58,476 nucleotides of DNA from an uncultured Gammaproteobacteria bacterium (GTDB lineage Bacteria; Patescibacteriota; Patescibacteriia; UBA1558; GWA2-36-10), in NCBI GenBank assembly GCA_964394835.1, contig CAYMZA010000001.1:1-58476 (forward strand), written 5' to 3'. The notes under the pieces were generated by a model that searched no databases, was not told the DNA's origin, and was given only the letters and a program-made list of their open reading frames with translations. Both the position numbers and the translations under genes were made by a program. Below are positions 48,138 through 56,142 of the stretch, piece after piece. Each line of letters opens with the position of its first letter. Position 1 is the first letter of the stretch.

Positions 48138-49147
48138 TTTTTTATTATTTTCTTAATTTTTTTAAATAGGTTATATATAAAATACATTTGTTTATCATAC
48201 ACCATATCATATGTTCCTGGGCCAGTGATAATATCACCACCAAAGCCTTTCTTAAATCTAGTTATACCGCTCCACTTTGTTTTAGAACCATCTTCAGGGG
48301 CTACACCCCAAAAATCATAAAAAGAAAACCCTTTTTCTTTTGCTTGTTTTATTGTTTCCCATTGTAATAAATATGGAGCCATATATTTTCTAAAACTATA
48401 ATCTGTTCCACCGTGTAGGTATGTTACTGTATTACCAAAATTAATTATTAGATTAGCAGCAACAATATTATTATTAACACTTGCCAAACATAATTGTCCA
48501 ACACCTTTTTCAATTAATGTGTAATAAAGTAGCTTATAATATTCATCTGAATGAATGGTTATCTGTTTTTTACTTGCTGTCTTTTTTATAACCTCAAGAA
48601 AATATTTTATATCCTCTTTCTTTTTACTAAAAACTACCTTAACACCCCTTCTGTTAGCTAAACCAATGTTATATCTAGTTTTCTGGTGCATTTCACTTAA
48701 TAATTCTTTAATATCTTTTTTTAAACCTAAAACTAAAGTGTCTCTAGGTTGAATATCGTTTGTTTTAATTAAAAAATCATAAATATTTTTATTTTCTTCT
48801 GTTTCTAGTCTAAAAAATACTTCTTCTTTCTTTTTTGTTTTAATAGTTATATCTCTTGCTTTTGATAATATTAATTCTAAAGCTTCTTTTTTTTGTTCCC
48901 CACTTAAATTTGGAAGAAAAATAGGTCCTTTGGGAGAATAAATATAACTTCTATCAAATGGTAGTTTGTTTTCATAAATTAAACAAACAGCAATCGTTTC
49001 ATTGTTGTCTATAACTGCTAATTGCCAGTATCTTTTATTTTGTTTTTTTAGAAAATATTTCCAATAACTACTTTGTAAAAAAGAACCAGATAAAAATCTA
49101 TTTTTTAAAAAATCATCATAATTATTATCTTCAACTAAAACCTTCAT
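48134..49147 (-). CDS. FemAB-family peptidoglycan interpeptide-bridge aminoacyltransferase
   Basis: FLQSSYWKYF at the N-terminus. LHGGTDYSFRKYMAPYLLQWETIKQAKEKGFSFYDFWG is typical of FemX/FemAB. Confidence 0.82.
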   Translation of the reverse strand: MKVLVEDNNYDDFLKNRFLSGSFLQSSYWKYFLKKQNKRYWQLAVIDNNETIAVCLIYENKLPFDRSYIYSPKGPIFLPNLSGEQKKEALELILSKARDITIKTKKKEEVFFRLETEENKNIYDFLIKTNDIQPRDTLVLGLKKDIKELLSEMHQKTRYNIGLANRRGVKVVFSKKKEDIKYFLEVIKKTASKKQITIHSDEYYKLLYYTLIEKGVGQLCLASVNNNIVAANLIINFGNTVTYLHGGTDYSFRKYMAPYLLQWETIKQAKEKGFSFYDFWGVAPEDGSKTKWSGITRFKKGFGGDIITGPGTYDMVYDKQMYFIYNLFKKIKKIIKK

Positions 49148-49148
49148 T

Positions 49149-49718
49149 TTACTTGTTTATTTCTTTTAATGCTATTTTAATCTTTTCTGATAATTCTTGT
49201 ATATCATCTGGTACCCTTCTACTGGCGTCTCTAGCATCTATTTCTTTATATCCTAAAGATATCAATGCTTCTATAACCTGTCCTGATCCTTGTTTTTCTA
49301 TCTCATTATCTAAAAGCTCTGTTACAATTTTTTCTTTTAGCTCTAATACAATTCTAGCTGCTGTTTTTTTACCTATACCAGATACTGTTTGTAGAAAAGA
49401 AGCGTCTTCGCTACTAATTGCTCTTTTTAAATCGTGTATATCTGCTAAAGATAGTATATTAAGGGCACTTTTGGGCCCAATTCCTGATATTGATATAATC
49501 TTTTTGAAAAAATCTAGTTGTTCTGTGTCTTTAAAGCCATATAAATCAAACATATCTTCTTTTATGTGTGGGTATATATGTAATTCATATTCTTTACCTT
49601 TTTTTATCTTTTCTAAATCATCATTAATTAAAAAAACCTCATAACCAATACCACCAACAAGTGCAATAACCGATCTTTCATTTTTTTGAATTACCTCTCC
49701 TTTTATATATGCTATCAT
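49149..49718 (-). CDS. ruvA: Holliday junction helicase subunit RuvA
   Basis: MIAYIKGEV...GGIGYEV... and HhH motifs ISGIGPKSALNIL and VSGIGKKTAARIVLEL. The start at 49718 matches the canonical RuvA N-terminus. Confidence 0.92.
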   Translation of the reverse strand: MIAYIKGEVIQKNERSVIALVGGIGYEVFLINDDLEKIKKGKEYELHIYPHIKEDMFDLYGFKDTEQLDFFKKIISISGIGPKSALNILSLADIHDLKRAISSEDASFLQTVSGIGKKTAARIVLELKEKIVTELLDNEIEKQGSGQVIEALISLGYKEIDARDASRRVPDDIQELSEKIKIALKEINK

Positions 49719-49768
49719 ACACTTAATACTAGCAAACTTTAACAACAATTTCAATCATATATATGCTC

Positions 49769-49797
49769 TTGACAAAACTATAAATATAGTGTGTAAT
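49769..49797 (+). promoter_or_regulatory. near-consensus sigma70 promoter of the GC-rich leader / U32 operon
   Basis: TTGACA (49769-49774), 17-nt spacer, TGTAAT (49792-49797). Confidence 0.55.
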
Positions 49798-49803
49798 AAT
49801 ATA

Positions 49804-50036
49804 TTAAGTGTTCGTTATGTTTTTAACCCTAAGGAGAGGAAAAAGTGAGCAAGACAAGAGCTGGGATGCGGAGAATCCTCAGCGCCACTACAACGATTTG
49901 GGAGGGCGATGTTGAAAGTCGCCCGAACAAGACAGGGCAGCTGTAAACAACACCTCAGCCCTCAATATTGCAATTAATCCTTGGTTACGGTATTTATATA
50001 GACAAAATACTTAATATATAGTTTAATTTATTTATT
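49804..50036 (+). promoter_or_regulatory. GC-rich structured 5' leader (riboswitch/attenuator-like), class unknown
   Basis: 33/60 G+C on 49861-49920. Hairpins at 49860-49883 and 49904-49924. The CCTCAGC heptamer is duplicated (49877-49883 and 49953-49959) and GCCCTC (49958-49963) can pair with GAGGGC (49902-49907), giving mutually exclusive pairings. No terminator before the U32 ATG. Confidence 0.45.
49845..49946 (+). CDS. possible 33-aa leader peptide / mini-protein
   Basis: AAGGAGAGG, 5 nt, GTG. Encodes VSKTRAGMRRILSATTTIWEGDVESRPNKTGQL. It is uncertain whether this is translated or is only RNA structure. Confidence 0.35.
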   Translation: MSKTRAGMRRILSATTTIWEGDVESRPNKTGQL

Positions 50037-51275
50037 ATGAGAAACAATATAGAATTATTGGCTCCAGCTGGTTCATATGAATCATTACGTGCTGCAATTA
50101 AAAATGGTGCTAACGCTATTTATTTTGGTATAAATCAATTAAATATGCGTGCTGTTTCTGCGGCTAATTTTGATAACACAGATTTAAAAAAAATAACTAA
50201 AATTTGTATAGAAAATAAAGTAAAAAGTTATTTAACAATCAATACCATACTATATGACAATGATTTGTTATTAATGAAAAAAATAATAGACGATGCTAAA
50301 AAATACAAAGTAACCGCTTTGATTGTTTTCGATATTGCTGCTATGCAATATGCTAGAAATATAAATATGGAAGTACACGCTTCTACACAATTATCTATAT
50401 CAAATATTGAGACTGTTAAATTCTATTCTCAGTTTGTTGATAGAATAGTTTTAGCTAGAGAATTAAATTTAGAAAGAATAGAAAATATAATCAAAAAAAT
50501 TAAAAAACAAAAAATAAAAGGTCCTAAAGGTAAATTAATTGAAATAGAAGTGTTTATACACGGAGCTTTATGTATAGCTATATCTGGTAGATGTTCAATG
50601 AGTATTTATCAACATAACTCTTCTGCTAACAGAGGTGCTTGTAGACAATTATGTAGAAGAAAGTATAAAGTTAGTGACTGTGAAACAAATCAAGAATTAA
50701 TTATAGATAACAACTATGTAATGAGCCCCAAAGACATTTGTACTATTAGCTTTTTAGATAAAATAATATCGCTAGGTGTTAAATCTTTAAAAATAGAAGG
50801 TAGAGGAAGGTCGCCAGAATATGTAGCTACTGTTGTAAATACATATAATAAAGCTATTAAATTAATAAAAAAAGATAAATATACAGAAAAAGATAAAATA
50901 AAATTTGAGAAAGAATTAAAAAGGGTTTTTAATAGGGGATTAAGTGATGGATATTATCTTGGTAAAAAACTACAAGAATGGTCTGCTAGTAGTAATAGTC
51001 AAGCTACTGAAGAAAAAATATTCGCAGGTATAGTAAAACACTATTATCCTAAAATAAAAGTTGCTGAAATATTATTACAAGCATATAATATAAGTATTAA
51101 TGATAAATATTCTATGACAGGTAAAAACACTGGGGTTATATTTGGAAAAATTAGTAAATTAAGATCTGAGGATAGGAAAAATATTAAAAAAGCCAAAAAA
51201 GGTGATATAATAACTATTCCTGTATTAGAAAAAGTAAGAGAAAATGATAAATTTTATATAATTAAGAAAAAATAA
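50037..51275 (+). CDS. peptidase U32 family protein (TrhP/RlhA/UbiU-like Fe-S hydroxylation factor family)
   Basis: ELLAPAGSYESLRAAIKNGANAIYFG, the Cys-rich HGALCIAISGRCSMS...ACRQLCRRKY, and a C-terminal beta-barrel-like tail. Confidence 0.88.
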   Translation: MRNNIELLAPAGSYESLRAAIKNGANAIYFGINQLNMRAVSAANFDNTDLKKITKICIENKVKSYLTINTILYDNDLLLMKKIIDDAKKYKVTALIVFDIAAMQYARNINMEVHASTQLSISNIETVKFYSQFVDRIVLARELNLERIENIIKKIKKQKIKGPKGKLIEIEVFIHGALCIAISGRCSMSIYQHNSSANRGACRQLCRRKYKVSDCETNQELIIDNNYVMSPKDICTISFLDKIISLGVKSLKIEGRGRSPEYVATVVNTYNKAIKLIKKDKYTEKDKIKFEKELKRVFNRGLSDGYYLGKKLQEWSASSNSQATEEKIFAGIVKHYYPKIKVAEILLQAYNISINDKYSMTGKNTGVIFGKISKLRSEDRKNIKKAKKGDIITIPVLEKVRENDKFYIIKKK

Positions 51276-51276
51276 T

Positions 51277-51507
51277 ATGTCAAAAATTTATAAAGTAATT
51301 CAAAAAAGAAAAGATTGTATAGGTTGTGGTCTATGTGCAACACTGTGCCCTCAATCATGGAAGATGGAAGATGATGGGTTGTCTAAACTACAAGGATCAA
51401 AAGAAAAAAATAATGTGTGGGTAGGAGAAATACACGAAAGTGATTTAGATTGTAATCTAAATGCTGAAAAAGAGTGTCCTGTTAATATTATAAAAGTAGA
51501 AAAATAA
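51277..51507 (+). CDS. monocluster 4Fe-4S/3Fe-4S ferredoxin
   Basis: 76 aa with CIGCGLCATLCP ... ECP. Starts 1 nt after the U32 stop. Confidence 0.8.
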   Translation: MSKIYKVIQKRKDCIGCGLCATLCPQSWKMEDDGLSKLQGSKEKNNVWVGEIHESDLDCNLNAEKECPVNIIKVEK

Positions 51508-51610
51508 ATATTAAAATATTATTATAAGCAAAAGAGAAAAAAGGAACAATAATATAGAAGTGAATGTAGAAAAAGAAATATTAGAAAAAATAAAGAAACT
51601 TTAATAATTA

Positions 51611-51641
51611 AAAAATACCCTATCGCGCAAAGGTATTTTTT
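51611..51641. terminator. A/T-flanked hairpin between convergent ferredoxin and dnaN genes
   Basis: aaaaaATACCctatcgcgcaaaGGTATtttttatttt. Confidence 0.45.
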
Positions 51642-51732
51642 ATTTTCTATTCTAAAAACAATAATTTAGAAAGAATGTTTAATTTACCTATAAAGGTATA
51701 AATATTATATCAAAAAAACATAAAACATACAA

Positions 51733-52833
51733 CTACTGTTTAATTGGCATTATTAAATAAATATAATTTTTATTTTTTTCTGGCTTTAATAGTGCTGGAG
51801 AAGAACTATTATTTACACTAAAGACAACATTATCTTCTTTAATATTATTTAAACCATCTAGTAAATACCTATAATTAAATATAGCGTCGTTGTTTTCTCC
51901 TTGAATATCAGCTACTACACTTGTGGTACTATCTCCTTTATTAGATGATGTTGTTGATATTATTATTTTTTGATTTTCTTTATTAAAACTTAAAAGAACA
52001 TCATTTATACCTTGCTTACAAAGCAAAGAAACGCGTTTTATAACAGGAATAAGATCATCTACACTACATTTAATAGTTGTTGTTAGATTTTCTGGTATTA
52101 TTTGTTTATAATCAGGATATTTACCATCAACAATTCTAGAAACCAACTCTATTCCATTAAATGTAAATACAATTTGATTGTCGTTAAAATATATTTTTAT
52201 GTCTTGTGAGTTTTGTTCGTTTAATATTCTTAAAACCTCTTGTGCTGTTTTTAGGGGTAACACTAAATCCTTTTCTTTATCATTTAAAATATTTAATTTC
52301 TTTTCTGCTAATCTATAACTATCTGTTGCTACTAAGGTTAATTCATTACTTTTAAAAATAAAATTAATAGCATTTATTTCTACTCTTGATGCATCAATTG
52401 ATGCAGAAAATATAACTTGCCTTAATGCGTTTCTAAAATTACTTGCTGAAATTTTTATTTCAAACTCTTTTTCTGTTTCTGGAATAAGTGGAAAGTCTTC
52501 TGCTTTTAATCCCTTTATCTTTGTTTTTTGATCTTTGCTTTTTATTTCTAAATCATCTCCTGTAAGATTTAATTCTATATTTTCTCTTGGTAATAAATCA
52601 ACAAAACTATTAAGTAATTTAGCATCAACAGTAAACTCACCCTCTTCTGTAATTTTACTTCTTATAAATGTTTTAATACCTATTTCTAAATTAGTTGTTA
52701 TTAATTCTAAACCATTTTTAGATGCTTTTAATAATACATTATTTAAAATTGGTAAGTTAGTATTTTTATCAGCTATATTAGATACAATACTTAACCCTTT
52801 ATTTAAATTTTCTTGAGTACAAATTATCTTCAT
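51733..52833 (-). CDS. dnaN: DNA polymerase III beta sliding clamp
   Basis: 366 aa. MKIICTQENLNKGLSIVSNIADKNTNLPILNNVLLKA. Position directly downstream of dnaA. Confidence 0.93.
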   Translation of the reverse strand: MKIICTQENLNKGLSIVSNIADKNTNLPILNNVLLKASKNGLELITTNLEIGIKTFIRSKITEEGEFTVDAKLLNSFVDLLPRENIELNLTGDDLEIKSKDQKTKIKGLKAEDFPLIPETEKEFEIKISASNFRNALRQVIFSASIDASRVEINAINFIFKSNELTLVATDSYRLAEKKLNILNDKEKDLVLPLKTAQEVLRILNEQNSQDIKIYFNDNQIVFTFNGIELVSRIVDGKYPDYKQIIPENLTTTIKCSVDDLIPVIKRVSLLCKQGINDVLLSFNKENQKIIISTTSSNKGDSTTSVVADIQGENNDAIFNYRYLLDGLNNIKEDNVVFSVNNSSSPALLKPEKNKNYIYLIMPIKQ

Positions 52834-53100
52834 ATTATTATTGTTATTATTTATATATAAATTAATAGTAGTAATAGGGCCTGTTGATATGGTAATAAGT
52901 ATTTATTTTTCCTTTACTTTTCTAAGTAAAAGTGTCTTTTTTTAAATTTTTCCTTTGGGATAAGTGGTTAATAAACATTTGATAAAAGCATGCTTTATGT
53001 ACAACAATATTTTTTTTACATCTTTACCTTAATAACTTATTGTTTTATTAACAACTTGTCAATAATATTATAAACAAGAAGTTAAAAAGTTTTTAACAAC
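52834..53100. other. candidate oriC segment (dnaA-dnaN spacer)
   Basis: 267-bp, extremely AT-rich, non-coding spacer in the canonical position. Only degenerate DnaA-box-like 9-mers are present (TTATGTACA at 52996-53004, TTATTAACA at 53046-53054). Confidence 0.3.
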
Positions 53101-54468
53101 TTATTCATATATTTTTTCTCTTAAAATAGCTACATCGTTTTTTATCTTGTTATCCGTTTCTATAAGCTTGTTTATTTTTACACAAGCATGCATAGCTGTT
53201 GTATGGTCTCTACTTCCTATGTCACGCCCAATATTGGGATAAGAAGCCTTTAATTCTTCTCTCATTAAGAACATAGCAATTTGTCTAGGAACAACAAGTT
53301 CTTTTTTTCTGCTTGTTCCTAGTAAATCTTTAAGCTCTATATCAAAAAAACTAGAAATAGCGTTAATAAGTTTTTTGCTTGTTAAACCAGCTTTCTTAGG
53401 ATTGGTTGAAATACCTCCTAAAATTGATCTTACGCTCTCTATTGTTGGATTAGACCCATTTAGTTGATGAAATGCTATAATTCTATTAAGTGCACCCTCT
53501 AACTCTCTGATGTTGTCTTGAATGTTTTCAGCTATAGAATGAATAATTTCTTTTCCAAGAGAATAATTTCTTTCTTGGCATTTAATTTCTAAAATAGCCA
53601 CCCTTGTTTCTAGATCAGGAGCTGAAATATCTGCTATCATCCCCCACTCAAAGCGTGATATAAGGCGATTTTCAATAGAAGGGATGGCTTTAGGTGGTCT
53701 GTCAGAAGAAATTACTATTTGTTTGTTATTTTGATGTAAGGCATTAAAAGTATGAAAAAATTCTTCCTGTGTTTGCTCCTTACCTGCTATAAATTGAATA
53801 TCGTCTATTAATAAGACATCTACTTTTCTATATTTTTCTTTAAATTTATCAGTTTGGCCGTTTTTTATAGCAAAAATAAAATCGTTAATAAAGTTTTCAC
53901 TATTAATGTATAATATTTTTTTATTAGGGTTTTTACTTAGTATAAGATTACCAATAGCTTGTATAAGATGTGTTTTTCCTAAACCAACACCACCGTAAAT
54001 AAATAATGGATTATATATTTTCCCAGGTGTTTTGGCAGCAGCATTAGCAGCAGCTTGTGCTAGTTCATTTCCAGGACCAACTACAAAACTACTAAAGGTA
54101 TAGTTAGTATTAAGACCAAAAGCAGATAATGGTTTTACACTTTTTTGTTTATACACAGGAGGGCTGTTTTCACCTTCCTTTTTTGTTAGTTTTTGGCTAA
54201 TATTAGACGAGATTCTTTTTGTTTCTACCCTGTAGATAACTTGTAGATTGTTTTTTGATAAAGCTTTTTCTAGTGTTTGTATAATATGCTTGTGGTATTT
54301 TTTTTCTATCCAAGATTTAATAAAAGAACTAGGCACACCAACAAGAACCCCTTGATCATTTATTTGTATTATAAAAGTATCTTTGAACCAAGTTTCAAAA
54401 CTCGCTTTACTTAAAGATAACTCTAGTTGGCCTAATACATTTTGCCATGTTTTATCATGCTCGTTCAT
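53101..54468 (-). CDS. dnaA: chromosomal replication initiator DnaA
   Basis: GGVGLGKTHLIQAIG (Walker A), LLIDDIQFIAGKEQTQEEFFHTFN, and the C-terminal DNA-binding SRDHTTAMHACVKI. Confidence 0.97.
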   Translation of the reverse strand: MNEHDKTWQNVLGQLELSLSKASFETWFKDTFIIQINDQGVLVGVPSSFIKSWIEKKYHKHIIQTLEKALSKNNLQVIYRVETKRISSNISQKLTKKEGENSPPVYKQKSVKPLSAFGLNTNYTFSSFVVGPGNELAQAAANAAAKTPGKIYNPLFIYGGVGLGKTHLIQAIGNLILSKNPNKKILYINSENFINDFIFAIKNGQTDKFKEKYRKVDVLLIDDIQFIAGKEQTQEEFFHTFNALHQNNKQIVISSDRPPKAIPSIENRLISRFEWGMIADISAPDLETRVAILEIKCQERNYSLGKEIIHSIAENIQDNIRELEGALNRIIAFHQLNGSNPTIESVRSILGGISTNPKKAGLTSKKLINAISSFFDIELKDLLGTSRKKELVVPRQIAMFLMREELKASYPNIGRDIGSRDHTTAMHACVKINKLIETDNKIKNDVAILREKIYE

Positions 54469-54671
54469 TTATTTAACTATATGTTTGTATACTAATAAAA
54501 ATATAATTTAAAAGCAAGGACTATTATTGATAATGATACCACAAAAAAAGATTTGTAAAAACCATGAAAAGGGAATAAGCTGTGTATATTTTGTTTATAA
54601 TTAAACAGTTAATTAACCTATTGCCAAAGAGTATTAAACATGTTATTATTAGCTAGTTAATTATTGTTTTT

Positions 54672-54812
54672 ATGTCAACAAAAAGAACGTATCAACCAAA
54701 AAAGAAAAAAAGAGCAAGAAAACACGGCTTTAAAGCAAGGATGTCTAGTAAGCCTGGTCGTAATGTTTTAAAAAACAGACGAGCCAAGAAAAGAAGCAAG
54801 CTTGCTGTTTAG
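54672..54812 (+). CDS. rpmH: 50S ribosomal protein bL34 (absent from the ORF track)
   Basis: 46 codons: [46 protein letters not shown], the canonical L34 sequence. Confidence 0.95.
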   Translation: MSTKRTYQPKKKKRARKHGFKARMSSKPGRNVLKNRRAKKRSKLAV

Positions 54813-54822
54813 TTTTTGTGTT

Positions 54823-55173
54823 ATGTTAGCAAAACCAAATAGACTAACAAAAGATAAGGAAATTAAAGACCTTATAAAAACAGGAAAAAGTCTTTTTTTG
54901 CCCGCTTTTGTTATAAAATATAAACACAATAATTTAAATAACATTAAAATTGGGATTATTGTTTCTACAAAGGTTGATAAAAGAGCTGTGGTGCGCAACA
55001 AGATAAAAAGACAAATAAGGGCTATAATTAGAAAAAACATTAGTGATATTGAGCATGGGCACAGCTTGTTAATTATAGTTAAAAAACAAGCACTGGGCTT
55101 AGAATATAAAAAAATAGAAAAAACGCTTGTTACTGGGTTAGTTAAAATTAATATTTTAAATAATAATATATAA
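54823..55173 (+). CDS. rnpA: ribonuclease P protein component
   Basis: MLAKPNRLTKDKEIKDL... and the RNR-type motif VVRNKIKRQIRAII. The ATG at 54823 is preferred over the TTG at 54802, which overlaps rpmH. Confidence 0.9.
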   Translation: MLAKPNRLTKDKEIKDLIKTGKSLFLPAFVIKYKHNNLNNIKIGIIVSTKVDKRAVVRNKIKRQIRAIIRKNISDIEHGHSLLIIVKKQALGLEYKKIEKTLVTGLVKINILNNNI

Positions 55174-55409
55174 TGATAAAAACGGGTTTATTAAAAATAA
55201 TACGTTTTTATCAAAAAACACTTTCTCCTGATAAAGGGTGGTTTAGATACTATTTTCCTCATGGTTACTGTCGTTTTTATCCTCATTGTTCAGAGTATTC
55301 TTATCAAGCAATTGAAAAATTTGGTGTTATAAAAGGAATAATTAAGTCTTTTTGGCGAATAATACGCTGCAACCCGTTTTCTAAAGGAGGAAATGATCCA
55401 ATTAATTAA
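55173..55409 (+). CDS. yidD: membrane protein insertion efficiency factor YidD
   Basis: LLKIIRFYQKTLSP...CRFYPHCSEYSYQAIEKFG...RCNPFSKGGNDP. Confidence 0.95.
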   Translation: MIKTGLLKIIRFYQKTLSPDKGWFRYYFPHGYCRFYPHCSEYSYQAIEKFGVIKGIIKSFWRIIRCNPFSKGGNDPIN

Positions 55410-55420
55410 TAAACAACAAT

Positions 55421-56128
55421 ATGGCAATATTTTTTACTTTATTTTATCAACCGATTTTTAATCTTTTAGTATTTTTGTATAATAATGTTCCTAATAATGA
55501 TTTAGGAATAGCTATTATAGTACTTACGCTTATTATTAGGCTTTTACTTTATCCTTTGTCTAAAAAGTCTATTAAATCTCAAAAAGACCTACAGAATATT
55601 CAACCAGAAATAGACAAACTTAAAGAAGAATATAAAGACGATAAAGAAAAAATGGGCCCAGAATTAATGTCTTTATATAAAAAACATAAGATTAACCCTT
55701 TCTCTTCTTGTTTTCCAATGTTAATCCAACTTCCCTTTTTTATAGCTATTTATAGGGTATTTTTTGATGGTTTAACAAAAGAGGGAAGTATGAGTGCTCT
55801 TTATTCTTTTGTAGCTAATCCAGGAACATTAAACCCAATTGCGTTTGGATTTTTAGATTTATCTGAAAAAAGCATTGTTGTGGCTTTATTGGCTGGTGCA
55901 GGACAGTTTTGGCAATCAAAAATGATGATGGCAAAAAAACAAAAAGGGTCTGCTGGAATGATGGGAAGACAAATGATGTATTTTATGCCAATCATAACTA
56001 TAGTAATCGGAGCTAATTTCCCAGCGGGGTTAACATTTTATTGGCTTTTAACAACATTATTTTCTGTTGCTCAACAATATTTTGTTCTGGGAAAGAAAAA
56101 AACAACCGTAGAGGTTGTTGAAAAATAA
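55421..56128 (+). CDS. yidC: membrane protein insertase YidC (short form)
   Basis: 235 aa. LYPLSKKSIKSQKDLQNIQPEIDKLKEEYKDDKEKM...YKKHKINPFSSCFPMLIQLPFFIAIY. Confidence 0.92.
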   Translation: MAIFFTLFYQPIFNLLVFLYNNVPNNDLGIAIIVLTLIIRLLLYPLSKKSIKSQKDLQNIQPEIDKLKEEYKDDKEKMGPELMSLYKKHKINPFSSCFPMLIQLPFFIAIYRVFFDGLTKEGSMSALYSFVANPGTLNPIAFGFLDLSEKSIVVALLAGAGQFWQSKMMMAKKQKGSAGMMGRQMMYFMPIITIVIGANFPAGLTFYWLLTTLFSVAQQYFVLGKKKTTVEVVEK

Positions 56129-56142
56129 ACTAATAAAACTAT

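Noticed and set aside
49804-49990. Assigning the GC-rich island to a known housekeeping RNA (SRP/4.5S RNA, tmRNA, RNase P RNA, 6S RNA) or firmly to the cobalamin or fluoride riboswitch classes.
   Set aside because: Neither strand contains the SRP domain IV signature (GGAA...AGCAGC helix-8 motif). The element is too short for tmRNA or RNase P RNA and lacks a tRNA-like end. The cobalamin-like (GCCACUA, GGAGAAUCC) and fluoride-like (GGGCGAUG...CGCCC) strings miss other invariant parts of those aptamers, such as the B12 box and the CUGAUGA...CCUAC segment. Only a covariance-model search can decide.
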